Positions 30,896 through 44,606 of a DNA stretch of 64,000 nucleotides are shown here, one piece after another. The stretch spans positions 7,870 through 71,869 of the forward strand of contig CAVPZV010000012.1 of assembly GCA_963710305.1 (NCBI GenBank), given 5' to 3'. Each line of letters opens with the position of its first letter. The stretch's first letter is position 1. The notes under the pieces are model-generated. The model was not told the DNA's origin, searched no databases, and worked only from the letters and a program-made list of their open reading frames with translations. The translations under genes were made by a program, and so were the position numbers. This DNA is from an uncultured Solirubrobacterales bacterium. GTDB lineage: Bacteria; Actinomycetota; Thermoleophilia; Solirubrobacterales; Solirubrobacteraceae.

Positions 30896-32181
30896 GATTC
30901 GCGCGGAGCGATCTCGTCCAGCCGCCCCACGATCTCGGGCGCGTAGCGGACGAACGACGCGAAGTCGAAGATCGCATCCAGATCGAGGCCCTCCCCCGCC
31001 GGGTCGCCGGCCAGCAGCGCTCGCAACGGCACCCGCTGATCCAGCGCGTGCTGGGCGAGTCGCTGAACCACGCGATACGCGTCGTCGCGCGTCATCCCGC
31101 GGTCGACCAGGGCCAGCAGCACTCGCTGGGAGAACAGCGCGCCGCAGGTCAAATCGAGGTTCGCGCGCATGCGCTCCGCATCCACGACCAGCCCCTCCAC
31201 GAGCGAGATCGTTCGCCGCTGCATGTGGTCGAGCAGGATCGTCGAATCGGGCAGGATCACCCGCTCGACCGACGAGTGCGAGATGTCGCGCTCGTGCCAC
31301 AGCGCCACGTCCTCGATCGCGGCCATCGCGTTGCCCCGCAGCACGCGGGCCAGGCCGGTGACCTGCTCGGACTTGATCGGGTTGCGCTTGTGGGGCATGG
31401 CGCTCGAACCCTTCTGCTGCCCGGTCGCGAACGGCTCGCGCGCCTCGGACACCTCCGTGCGCGCCAGGTGCCGGATCTCCACCGCCAACCGCTCGAGTCC
31501 CGCTCCCGCCACCGCGATCGCGGAAAGGAGCGAGGCGTGGCGGTCGCGCGCCACCACCTGCGTCGACACCGGCTCGCGCTCGAGCCCCAGCCGCGCCAGC
31601 ACCCGCTCCTCGAACGACGGCGAGGTCGCCGAGTACGTTCCGACCGCGCCCGAGACCGCGCCCACGCACGTCTGATCGAACGCGCGCTCCAGCCGCTCCG
31701 CGTTCCGCCACGCCTCGAACGCGAACCCCGCCAGCTTGATCCCGAACGTCGTCGGCTCCGCGTGGATCCCGTGCGTCCGGCCCGCGCACAGCGTCGACGC
31801 GTGCTCACGAGCGCGCCGGGCCAGCACGTCCACCAGACGCCGGGAGTCGGGCAGCACGAGCGAAGCCACGGAGCGCAGCTGGAGCGCCAGCCCCGTGTCG
31901 AGCACGTCACTCGAGGTCAGCCCGTGGTGGATCCAGCGTCCCGCCGGTCCGGCCGACGCGGACAGCACGTCCACGAACGCGGCCACGTCGTGGTCGGTCA
32001 CCTTCTCGCGCTCGGCGATCGCCTCCACCGTGAAGGTCGCGCTCCGGATGGCGTCCAGCTCGGAAGCCGACACGCCCTCCATCTCCTCGCACGCCGCCAC
32101 CTCGACCTGGCGCATCGCCTCGAAGCGCGCGCGGTCAGACCAGATCTCGCCGAGCTCGCGGCGCGTGTACCGGGCGATCAT
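30892..32181 (-). CDS. purB: Adenylosuccinate lyase
   Basis: MIARYT, HDVAAF, GRTHGIHAEP, GSSAMPHKRNP and WHERDISHSSVER. Confidence 0.97.
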   Translation of the reverse strand: MIARYTRRELGEIWSDRARFEAMRQVEVAACEEMEGVSASELDAIRSATFTVEAIAEREKVTDHDVAAFVDVLSASAGPAGRWIHHGLTSSDVLDTGLALQLRSVASLVLPDSRRLVDVLARRAREHASTLCAGRTHGIHAEPTTFGIKLAGFAFEAWRNAERLERAFDQTCVGAVSGAVGTYSATSPSFEERVLARLGLEREPVSTQVVARDRHASLLSAIAVAGAGLERLAVEIRHLARTEVSEAREPFATGQQKGSSAMPHKRNPIKSEQVTGLARVLRGNAMAAIEDVALWHERDISHSSVERVILPDSTILLDHMQRRTISLVEGLVVDAERMRANLDLTCGALFSQRVLLALVDRGMTRDDAYRVVQRLAQHALDQRVPLRALLAGDPAGEGLDLDAIFDFASFVRYAPEIVGRLDEIAPRES

Positions 32182-33830
32182 CCGCCGGCGAGCTCGACTG
32201 ACTTGATGATCAGCATCACGAGCGCGACGACCATATAGCCACCGAGGCCCAGCATCGCCGCGCGCCGCCCGAGCGAGAGGCTCGGCCGCGTGAGCAGCGT
32301 CGCCGGCGGCATGGTCCACAGCTCCTTGGCCACCGGCGCCGCCGTGTCGAGCACGGTGACGCCGGCACCGCCCCGCTCGCGCCACCACGTCGTCGCGCCG
32401 AGCATCACGAGGGCCACGACGACGACGCACGCCCCGACCAGGAACAGCGTGGTGACGTCGACGCTCGGGAACAGCGTCGTGATCGTCAGCACCACCGACA
32501 GCAGGACGAGCGCGCCGACGATCAGGCTGGCGAAGGCCTTCAGCCACGGGCCGTTGGCCCACGGCCCGAGCACGTCGCGGTCGTTGCAGAGCATCAGCAG
32601 GAACAGCGTCGTCATCGGCAACAGGATGCCGCACAGCGCCTGCACCGCCTCGGTGATCACGCCGAGCGGGGCACTGGGGATCAGGACGATCCCCGCGGCG
32701 GCCAGGATCAGCACGATGAACACGGAGTAGAAGCCGCGCGCCTCGTTGAAGCTGCGATGCAGCGAGCCCTTCGTCCCGAACACGTCGCCGATCACGTAGC
32801 TCGTGGCCAGCGTGACCGCGCCGGCCCCGATCAGCGATGCGTTCAGGAGCACGATCGCGAAGAACGCCCCGGCGGCCGAGCCCACCGTGTGGTCAAGCGC
32901 GCGCGCCACCCCGCCGGCGTCGGTGAAGTGCCCGAAGTACGGAGTCCCCGAGAGCGCGAACCCCGCGGCGCAGATCAGCGCGCCGGCGCCGAGAACCACC
33001 ACGACGGCGCCGAGCATCGTGTCGACGCGCTCGTAGTTGATCCAACGCGGCGTGATCCGCTTGTCGACGATGTTCGACTGCTGGAAGAACAGCTGCCACG
33101 GGGCCACCGTGGTCCCGACGATGGCGATCAGGAGCAGCACGGCGTTGGAGCTCGCGCCGCCCTGGATCCCGGGCACGAACAGATGGTGCGCAATCTGACC
33201 GAAGTGCGGATGCGAAATGAAGAACAGCGGGATCACGAGCAGGTTCGCGAACACGAACGCGAACATCGACCGCTCCCAGGCCCGGAAGCTGCCGCTCGCC
33301 GTCACCGCGATCAGCGCCACCGCGGCCAGCGGAACCGACAGGTACTGCGTGACCCCGAGGTAGCCGAGGGCGAGGCTCACGCCGATGAACTCGGTGACGA
33401 TGATGAGGAAGTTCTGGAGCAGCAGGTAGCTCGCCTCGAACCATCCCCACCCGCGGCCCAGGCGCTCGATGATCAGCCGCGCGTGGCCCACGCCGGTCAC
33501 CGCGCCGAGGCGCACGACCATCTCCTGGTTGACGATCAGGACCGGGACCAGGAGCAGCAGCACCCACAACAGGCTGACCTTGTAGTCCTGGCCCGCCTGC
33601 GCGTACGTCGAGACGCCGCCGGCGTCGTTGTCGCCGACCATCACGATCAGCCCGGGGCCGATGATCGCGAGCAGCGCCATCGCGCGGGAGCGCAGCCCGC
33701 GGTGTCCCTCGTCCTGGACGCGAATGGTCCCGAACGCGCCCTGGATCTCGGCGTCGGCGAGGCCGGAGGAGAGCGGCGGGGGCGCAGGCGCCGCGGACGC
33801 GCGCGCGCCGGAGGGTGCATCGTTCGCCAT
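32178..33830 (-). CDS. NRAMP-family divalent metal transporter, NRAMP-related Mg2+ transporter type
   Basis: TM1 motif GDNDAGG (rather than DPGN), IVGTTVAPW, about 12 TM segments; sits next to an MgtE cytosolic-domain gene. Confidence 0.9.
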   Translation of the reverse strand: MANDAPSGARASAAPAPPPLSSGLADAEIQGAFGTIRVQDEGHRGLRSRAMALLAIIGPGLIVMVGDNDAGGVSTYAQAGQDYKVSLLWVLLLLVPVLIVNQEMVVRLGAVTGVGHARLIIERLGRGWGWFEASYLLLQNFLIIVTEFIGVSLALGYLGVTQYLSVPLAAVALIAVTASGSFRAWERSMFAFVFANLLVIPLFFISHPHFGQIAHHLFVPGIQGGASSNAVLLLIAIVGTTVAPWQLFFQQSNIVDKRITPRWINYERVDTMLGAVVVVLGAGALICAAGFALSGTPYFGHFTDAGGVARALDHTVGSAAGAFFAIVLLNASLIGAGAVTLATSYVIGDVFGTKGSLHRSFNEARGFYSVFIVLILAAAGIVLIPSAPLGVITEAVQALCGILLPMTTLFLLMLCNDRDVLGPWANGPWLKAFASLIVGALVLLSVVLTITTLFPSVDVTTLFLVGACVVVVALVMLGATTWWRERGGAGVTVLDTAAPVAKELWTMPPATLLTRPSLSLGRRAAMLGLGGYMVVALVMLIIKSVELAGG

Positions 33831-33901
33831 CTGCTCGACCTCCTTTCACTTCGCCGGCACGACCGTCGCGGCCGGCCTCGGAGGTCCCTCGCGTGCTCGG
33901 A

Positions 33902-33997
33902 TCAGCTCCGGAGCGAGACGACGCTCACGACGCCAGCCGCGAAGCGGCTACTTCGCGGCCGCTCGTCGTTGTCTGGATGTAAGTCGTCGTGAGCCAT
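33902..33997 (-). other. Candidate 31-aa leader ORF within a structured 5' region of the NRAMP gene
   Basis: MAHDDLHPDNDERPRSSRFAAGVVSVVSLRS* preceded by GGGGA; nested inverted repeats at 33923-33932/33985-33994 and 33936-33944/33951-33959. Confidence 0.4.
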
Positions 33998-34069
33998 CTG
34001 TCCCCGAGGCTACCAGCCGAGGCTGGGGCTCCGCGCAAAGGCACGGGCAATCGAACCCGCCCGCGCCGC

Positions 34070-35332
34070 CTAATCGCGCGCCACGCCGGCGCGCCGGCGC
34101 CACTCCTCCGGCAGCAGCCGCTCGAGCACGTCGTCGACCGCGATGATGCCCACCGGTTTGCCCTCGCCGTCGAGCACCGGGATGGCGATCAGGTTGAAGT
34201 CGGTCATCACCCGCGCGACCTCCGGCAGGTCGGCCTCGGCGCCCACGGTCGGGATCGGCGACTCGTCGATCAGGTTGCACACCGGCTCGCTCGGCTCGGC
34301 GCGAACCAGGTCGGCCAGCGACAGCGCCCCGGCCAGCGTTCCGTCGTCCGCGGTGACGCACACGATCGACGCGGGCTGGGCTCCCAGCTCGCTCGCGCGC
34401 ACGCCGGCCAGCGCCTGCTCGACCGTGGCCTGTGTCCCCGCCGAGACGAAGTCCGGGTTCATCATCCCTCCGGCCGTCTCCGGGTTGTGTCCGAGCAGCG
34501 CGCGGATCTTGCGCTGCTTGGCCGCCGGCAGCAGGTTGAGGATGGGCAACCGCCGCTCCTGCTCGAGCTCGAACAGCAGGTCGGCGGCGTCGTCGGAGGC
34601 CATGCGCGCCAGCACCGCCGCCGCCTCGGCATCCGAGCGCTCTCGCAGGAACTCGACCTGATGCTCGTCGTCGAGCTCCTCGAACACGTCCGCCTCGAGC
34701 TCCTTGTCCTGGCCCACCGCCTCGAGGATCTCCTCGCCCTCCTCGTGCGAGGCCGCCTCCACCAGGTCGGCGATCTGCGCGGGGTGAAGGCGGGCCAGCC
34801 GCCGGGAGGCGAGCTTCAGCCGCGAGCTGGGGACGTGCCGGACGAACGGCTCCACCTTGTCCCAGGGCACGAACGCCGTGTGCTCGGAATCGTGGCCGCG
34901 GAAGCGCCGGGGGAGGAGTCGCCACAGGCGCGGGCGCAGGCTCGCGTCGATCCCCGCCACCCGCCACCGGCCGTCCTCGCACACGAGGTCGACCTCGTGC
35001 GCGCTGACCAGACGGGCGGTCTCCACGTTGATCAGGCTGTGGTCGAGCACGTCACCGCGCAGCAGGACCTCGCCGGGGCGCCGCTCGAACTGCGCCAGGT
35101 CGAGCTTGGTCGTCCCGGTCCGCACCTCGAAGGGCCCGAGCTGGTCGACCCTCTCGATGGGCACGAACGCCTCGCGCCCCCCGATCCGCGCCTTCAACCC
35201 GATCACCGGGGGGAGCCCGTCGCCGTGGTCCAGACGGGCTACGAGATCATCGACGCGACCCAGCCGCTCGCCGGCGGAGTCGAGCAGGGGGCTCCCGGCC
35301 AGCGAAGAGAGATGAACGATCTGCTCGGGCAT
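34070..35332 (-). CDS. Soluble PRC-barrel + MgtE N-domain + CBS-pair protein with no membrane domain
   Basis: LHPAQIADL, ELEADVFEEL, MASDDAADL, ETAGGMM and VGIIAVDDVL. Confidence 0.9.
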   Translation of the reverse strand: MPEQIVHLSSLAGSPLLDSAGERLGRVDDLVARLDHGDGLPPVIGLKARIGGREAFVPIERVDQLGPFEVRTGTTKLDLAQFERRPGEVLLRGDVLDHSLINVETARLVSAHEVDLVCEDGRWRVAGIDASLRPRLWRLLPRRFRGHDSEHTAFVPWDKVEPFVRHVPSSRLKLASRRLARLHPAQIADLVEAASHEEGEEILEAVGQDKELEADVFEELDDEHQVEFLRERSDAEAAAVLARMASDDAADLLFELEQERRLPILNLLPAAKQRKIRALLGHNPETAGGMMNPDFVSAGTQATVEQALAGVRASELGAQPASIVCVTADDGTLAGALSLADLVRAEPSEPVCNLIDESPIPTVGAEADLPEVARVMTDFNLIAIPVLDGEGKPVGIIAVDDVLERLLPEEWRRRAGVARD

Positions 35333-35377
35333 GAGTACCCGCCCGCACAATCTAGCGCCGGCGCGGGCGCGGGCGCG

Positions 35378-35860
35378 TCAAATACTCAGGATCCGCGCCG
35401 CCAGCACGGCCGCGTTCCGTGCGTTGTCGACGCCCACGCAGCCGACGGGCACCCCCGGCGGCATCTGGGCGATCGAGAGCAGCGCGTCGAGTCCGCCCGC
35501 CACCGAGGTCCGGCTCGTCAGCGGCACGCCGATCACCGGCAGATCGGAGTGCGCGGCCACCACGCCGGGAAGCGCGGCCGACAGGCCGGCGCCGGCGATG
35601 ATGACCTTGAGCCCGCGCAGACGGGCGTTCTTGGCGTAGTCGGCGACCTCGTCGGGCTGGCGGTGAGCCGACATCACGCGCGTCTCGGAGCGGATCCCGC
35701 GCTCGGTCAGCTCCTTCTCGGCCGCTTCCATCGCCGCCATGTCGCTCTTGGACCCCATCACGATGCCGACGCGCGGCGCGTCGACGTCGAGCTCATCGAA
35801 CTCGGTCTCCGGATCGGGCAGGGTCGGCGGGGCCGGTGCGGGCTGCTCGGCCGCGCTCAT
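35378..35860 (-). CDS. purE: N5-CAIR mutase
   Basis: [21 protein letters not shown] and QMPPGVPV. Confidence 0.97.
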   Translation of the reverse strand: MSAAEQPAPAPPTLPDPETEFDELDVDAPRVGIVMGSKSDMAAMEAAEKELTERGIRSETRVMSAHRQPDEVADYAKNARLRGLKVIIAGAGLSAALPGVVAAHSDLPVIGVPLTSRTSVAGGLDALLSIAQMPPGVPVGCVGVDNARNAAVLAARILSI

Positions 35861-37116
35861 GCCGCCGCGCGCAGCGCGATGTCCCGGCGCAGCTGCTTAC
35901 CGTCGAACTCGATCATGTCCGCGGCAGCATAGGCGGCGAGGCGGGCGGACGCTGCGTCCTCCCCGAGCGCCGTGACGCCCAGCACCCGTCCGCCGGCGGT
36001 GACGATCGCCCCGTCCTCCCGGCGCGCCGTCCCCGCGTGCGTCACGTACACGTCCTCCGGGACGTCCTCGAGGCCGGTGATCACGTCCCCGCGCGAGGCG
36101 CCGGCGGGATAGCCGCGGCTGGCCAGCGCGATCGTCACCGCCGTCCGCTCGTCCCACTCCAGCGGCGGGAATCCCGCAAGCCCGCCCGGCTCGCACGCGG
36201 CCTCGAACAGGGCGAGCAGGTCCGAGCGCAGCCGGGGCAGGACCGCCTGCGTCTCGGGATCGCCGAAGCGGACGTTGAACTCGAGCACCTTCGGGCCGTC
36301 CGGGGTCATCATCAGGCCCGCGTAGAGGCAGCCGTGGAACGGGATGCCGCGCCGCGCGAGCTCGTCCAGCACGGGCTGGTGGACGCCGGCGCAGATCTCG
36401 GCCGCCCGAGCGCCGTCGATCGCCGGCACCGGTGAGTAGGAGCCCATGCCGCCCGTGTTCGGCCCCCGGTCGCCGTCGAAGATGCGCTTGTAGTCCTGGG
36501 CGCTCGCGAGCGGCACCGCCCGCTCGCCGTCGCACACCGCGAGCAGCGAGAGCTCCTCGCCCTCCAGGTGCTCCTCGACCACCACCCGCTCGGTGCCGAA
36601 ACGACGCTCCACCAGGAGGTCCTGCAGTGCCTCCCGCGCCTGCGCCTCGTCGGTGGCGATCACCACGCCCTTGCCGGCGGCCAGCCCGTCGGCCTTGATC
36701 ACCGTCGGATAGCGGGTGATCGCCCGGAGACCTTCCTCTGCCTCGGTGACCACGGTGTGCTCAGCCGTGGGAACGCCGGCGGCCGCCATCACCTCCTTGC
36801 AGAACGCCTTGGAGCCCTCCAGCCGCGCCGCCTCCCGGCGCGGGCCGAAGGTGCGCACGCCGGCGTCGTCCAGCGCGTCGACCAGGCCGTCCACCAGTGG
36901 CGCCTCGGGTCCGACGACAACCAGATCGACCGCCTCGTCGCGCGCCAGCGCCACCAGCCCGTCGAGATCGTCGACGCCGACGTCGAGTACCCGCGCGTCC
37001 TGCGCGATGCCGGCGTTGCCGGGTGCGCACAGGATCTCGGGCGCCCTCAGCGCCTGGACGATGGCGTGCTCGCGTGCCCCGGAGCCGACGACCAGGACCC
37101 GCTCAGATGAGGCCAA
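35857..37116 (-). CDS. purD: Phosphoribosylamine-glycine ligase (start uncertain)
   Basis: [34 protein letters not shown] and [10 protein letters not shown]. Confidence 0.97.
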   Translation of the reverse strand: MASSERVLVVGSGAREHAIVQALRAPEILCAPGNAGIAQDARVLDVGVDDLDGLVALARDEAVDLVVVGPEAPLVDGLVDALDDAGVRTFGPRREAARLEGSKAFCKEVMAAAGVPTAEHTVVTEAEEGLRAITRYPTVIKADGLAAGKGVVIATDEAQAREALQDLLVERRFGTERVVVEEHLEGEELSLLAVCDGERAVPLASAQDYKRIFDGDRGPNTGGMGSYSPVPAIDGARAAEICAGVHQPVLDELARRGIPFHGCLYAGLMMTPDGPKVLEFNVRFGDPETQAVLPRLRSDLLALFEAACEPGGLAGFPPLEWDERTAVTIALASRGYPAGASRGDVITGLEDVPEDVYVTHAGTARREDGAIVTAGGRVLGVTALGEDAASARLAAYAAADMIEFDGKQLRRDIALRAAA

Positions 37117-37384
37117 TGAAGTCGTCGATCGGGATCGCCACCAGCGTCTCGTACTTGGCCGTCCCGCGCGAGCCGAGCTCGAGCGACACGCGTGACATCG
37201 TCTTCTCGTCCGGCGCCTCGACCACGTTCACGAAGTCGAACTGCCCGAGCGTGGCCCACTGCGCCTTGACCGACGCTCCGAGTTGCTCCACCTCGCGATT
37301 GACTTCCTTGATCCGCGACGGATTGTTCTTGATCGTCTGCACGCCCTCCGGGGAGAGCCGCGAAAGCATGATGTAGGTAGGCAT
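37103..37384 (-). CDS. GYD domain protein
   Basis: 93 aa with [15 protein letters not shown]. Confidence 0.85.
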   Translation of the reverse strand: MPTYIMLSRLSPEGVQTIKNNPSRIKEVNREVEQLGASVKAQWATLGQFDFVNVVEAPDEKTMSRVSLELGSRGTAKYETLVAIPIDDFIGLI

Positions 37385-37394
37385 GCACGGCACT

Positions 37395-38786
<1,392 letters not shown>

Positions 38787-38810
38787 CGGCCAGTCGCGGC
38801 TTGAACCAAA

Positions 38811-38832
38811 GTGTGTAGATTTATCTACACAC
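38811..38832. promoter_or_regulatory. Perfect AT-rich palindrome GTGTGTAGAT-TT-ATCTACACAC, candidate operator
   Basis: 10-bp perfect inverted repeat between divergent genes, abutting the SRPBCC ATG. Confidence 0.7.
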
Positions 38833-39290
38833 ATGTATAGGATTTATCTTTTCGAGCGCGAGCAGCGGATCGCTCGGCCGCTTCCTGAAGTGTTCGACTT
38901 CTTCGCGCGCGCGGGCAACCTCGAGCGGATAACCCCGCCGTGGCTGCGCTTTCAGATCCTCGAGGAGCCGGAGTCGGTCCGCGCCGGGTCGGTCATCTCC
39001 TACCGCCTGCGCCTCCACGGGCTTCCGTTGCGCTGGGTCTCGGTGATCGAGGAGTTCGAGCCCGGGCGAGCGTTCGTCGACCGGCAGACGAGGGGGCCGT
39101 ACCGGCTGTGGCACCACCGGCACGAGTTCGCTGCCGACGGCGAGGAGACGATCGTGCGCGACCGGATTCGCTACTCGCTCCCGTTCGGCCTCGCCGGAGC
39201 GCTCGCCCACCGCGTGTTCGTCAGGCGCGACCTCGAGCGGATCTTCGCCTTCCGCCGGCAGGCGATCGCCCGGCTCTTGACGGCCGCGGC

Positions 39291-39294
<4 letters not shown>
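38833..39294 (+). CDS. SRPBCC (START-like) ligand-binding protein
   Basis: [30 protein letters not shown] and IFAFR. Confidence 0.9.
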
Positions 39295-41850
<2,556 letters not shown>

Positions 41851-41864
41851 AGGCGGTTCCTCTA

Positions 41865-41889
41865 AATCTAAGTCTCTGTGACTTAGATT
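41865..41889. promoter_or_regulatory. HAIR-like HspR operator upstream of clpB
   Basis: AATCTAAGT-N7-ACTTAGATT perfect inverted repeat with the 7-nt spacer of CTTGAGT-N7-ACTCAAG. Confidence 0.85.
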
Positions 41890-41947
41890 ATGACACGTTT
41901 CCGCCGGGTCTGAAGGGAGTTCTCCGGTCCCGGCCGCCTCAGCGTCC

Positions 41948-44055
41948 TCAGGAACGGATCGTCAGCAGCGTCCCGCTCGTCTCGCGCAGGATGTTGTGCT
42001 GCGGACTGACGGTCACCCCGTAGAGGAAGGCCTTGATCAGCTCGGTGGTGCGCCAGCGCCTTGCGCAGCTTGCCGAGCTGCGAGGCCGAGAACTTCACCG
42101 CGACCGTCCTGCGGCCCGCCGACTTCAGCTGGGAGACCTTCGACTCGACGCTGAACGGCGTGCCGTGGTTGATCGAGATCTCGGCGAAGGCGGCGAGCGC
42201 GCACTGCTCCGAGCACGAGACCGTGGCGAGGATCTGGTGGCGGGCGACCGGCTTCTGGTGGCGCGGCAGCGACAGCTTCACGTTGGCCGCCCGCGGCTGC
42301 AGCAGCAGCGCGGCGCGACGCCAGCGCGCTGAGGTTGACGCTGCCCCAGCCCGAGGCCTGCGTCGAAGCCGGCGCCGCGGTGCAGCAGCCGAGCGGCTGG
42401 CCGTTGCCCGGGATGTACGGGCCGACGTCGTTGCCGTACTGGGTGACGTCGTGGAAGGCCCTGCTCACGAGCGAGGAGCGCCCGATGCGGTAGAGGAGCG
42501 GGTTGAGCTGGCCGATGTCCGCGCGCTCGTGCTGGCGCATCAACTGGTCGACCAGCGCCACGCCGCCCGCGAGCAGCGGCGTCGCGGCGCTCGTCCCGCC
42601 CACGCTCTGCCAGGGCGAGGGCGCGCCGTTGACGCAGTCGCTGGCGGTGCAGAACACCGCGTAGCCGGGCGCGACGTCCGCGAGCATCGCCACGTCGGGG
42701 AGCGGCGCGCTTGGGCGCGGTGACGGTGCCGGTCTGGTAGGAGGGGCGCGTCGAACAGGATCGCTCGCGCCTCCGCCGCCGGCCGAGCCCGGCGAGAGGT
42801 CGGTGTCGTTCCAGACGACCTCGCTGGCGATCGCGTTCTGCGCGGTGAGGTGTAGGTTCGTCCCGCCGACGGCCGTCACCCACGGCGAGGAGGCGGGGAA
42901 GTTGACGTTCAGGAAGTCCATCGGGCGTGCCGTCGTTCTCGGTGCAGTCGGCCGAGCCCGGAGTCGCCGCTCGCGGCCAGCACGCTGATGCCCGCCGGCC
43001 GCGGCGAGCTGGAACTCGGCCTCGGCGGTGTTGATGCCGGACTGCCCCAGTGCGCTCCGGATCGTCCCGCTCGCACAGGCCGAGCGACGCGGAGATCACC
43101 TGCGGCTTGAACCCGGCGTTCTCCAGCGGCGCGACGAACGCCTGCAGCGAGCCGGCCGCGTCGGCGGTGGTCTCGTACACGTCGATGCCGGCCAGACGGG
43201 GCGCGGCGGCGGTCAGCACCTCGAGGTCGAGCGTGGCCTCGGGGCCGGGCGCCAGCGGGTGGTTCACGCCGACGCCGAAGGCATGCAGGGGCGGAATCCC
43301 GACGCCGAAGCATCGCGCGAACGTCTGGAGGTCGGAGGTCCTGAACCCGTCGACCTCGATCAGCGCGACGCGCTCGCCGGCTCCCCTGAGCCCCTCGTTG
43401 TGGAGCTGGGTCAGGCCGTAGGCGGTCAGGTACTGGTTCGGGCGTGAACCCGCCGGACGCCCTTCCCTGTGCGCACCCGGCGGGCGATCCGCTGACGGAG
43501 CCGTAGGCCGAGGTCGGCTGGCCATCGGCCTGGGCGTTGCGGGCACGACGCGCCACGGGCGATCGGAGCGGCTGAGTATCGAGCCCGACCACGCCGGTCA
43601 CGACGCCGCGCAGAGCGGTGGGCACGCTCGTCGCGCCGGCCGGAGCCAGGTAGCGGCTGCCCGATGCCGCGCGCACCGTCTTCAGGTTCGTCCCGAACAG
43701 CCGCTCGGCCAGGCCAGGCCGCATCGTCGCCACCACGAACAGGCCGCTCGAGTCGATCCGGACCTCGGTGGCGCCGGCGCGGCGCAGGTACGCGGCCACC
43801 CGCCGGCGCGTCGCGGTGGGCGCGCCGAAGCGCCGCTCCAGCGCAGGGATCGGCTGGAACTGGCGGTAGCTCAGGGGATCCCGGCGTGCTCACGGCGTTG
43901 GCGAACTGCGCGAGTCCGGCCAGGTTCGCGTTCAGGGGCAGCACGAGCTGGATCTGCTGCGAGGAGCTCGCCGCGCTCGCCGCCGGCGCGAACAGCGCGG
44001 CAAGCGCGCAGGCGGCCACCAGCGCCCCCACCACCGCTCGGCGGAGGCTTCTCAC
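41948..44055 (-). CDS. Secreted S53 (sedolisin/kumamolisin) peptidase with prodomain and basic C-terminal domain (many frameshifts)
   Basis: Signal peptide, [44 protein letters not shown] and GWGS. GTG overlaps the hspR stop. Confidence 0.88.
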
Positions 44056-44606
44056 GCGCGCGGCCGCTTCACGGGGATCTTGAATCGCTTCAGATCGGCC
44101 GCCCGCACGAGCTCGCCCCCCTTGGTGTAGGGGACGATCTCCGCGCGCAGCTCGCGCCGCATCTCCTCGAGCCGCTCCACCTCCGCCTTCAGCTGAGCCG
44201 CGCGCTTCTCGAGCCCCCGGACCTTGCGCGACATCGATTCGAGCTCCTGCTCGAGCTCGAACACGCGCTCCACCCCGGCCAGGTTCATGCCCAGCTCCGC
44301 CGTCATCTCCTGGATGCGGCGCAGGCGCTGCACGTCCTTGTGGGAGTAGAGCCGCGTGCCCTTGGGCGAGCGCTTCGGTTCGATCAGGCCGCGCGCCTCG
44401 TACATCCGCAGGGTCTGGGGATGCATCTCGGCCAGCTCGGCCGCCACCGAGATCATGAACACGCCGCGGTCGGAGGCCACCTCGACCCGGGTGGTGGAAC
44501 GCGTCTCGGTCCGGCCGTCCGACTGGATCGTGGTCGAGGTGCTGCGGATGCGCGTGGTCACGGACCGGACGTCCTCGCCCGGGTCGCGCTCGCCCGGGGC
44601 GGCCAT
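44052..44606 (-). CDS. hspR: Heat-shock repressor HspR (MerR family)
   Basis: ISVAAELAEMHPQTLRMYEARGL and GMNLAGV; follows dnaJ. Confidence 0.93.
   Translation of the reverse strand: MAAPGERDPGEDVRSVTTRIRSTSTTIQSDGRTETRSTTRVEVASDRGVFMISVAAELAEMHPQTLRMYEARGLIEPKRSPKGTRLYSHKDVQRLRRIQEMTAELGMNLAGVERVFELEQELESMSRKVRGLEKRAAQLKAEVERLEEMRRELRAEIVPYTKGGELVRAADLKRFKIPVKRPRA

Noticed and set aside
33831-34069. Calling the NRAMP leader an M-box (ykoK) or yybP-ykoY riboswitch
   Set aside because: The expected conserved sequence elements were not recognisable. Kept only as an unknown structured leader.
38821-39290. ClpB C-terminal extension of ~155 aa overlapping SRPBCC
   Set aside because: One extra base before the TAA at 39291. 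The extension is the antisense of the SRPBCC gene.
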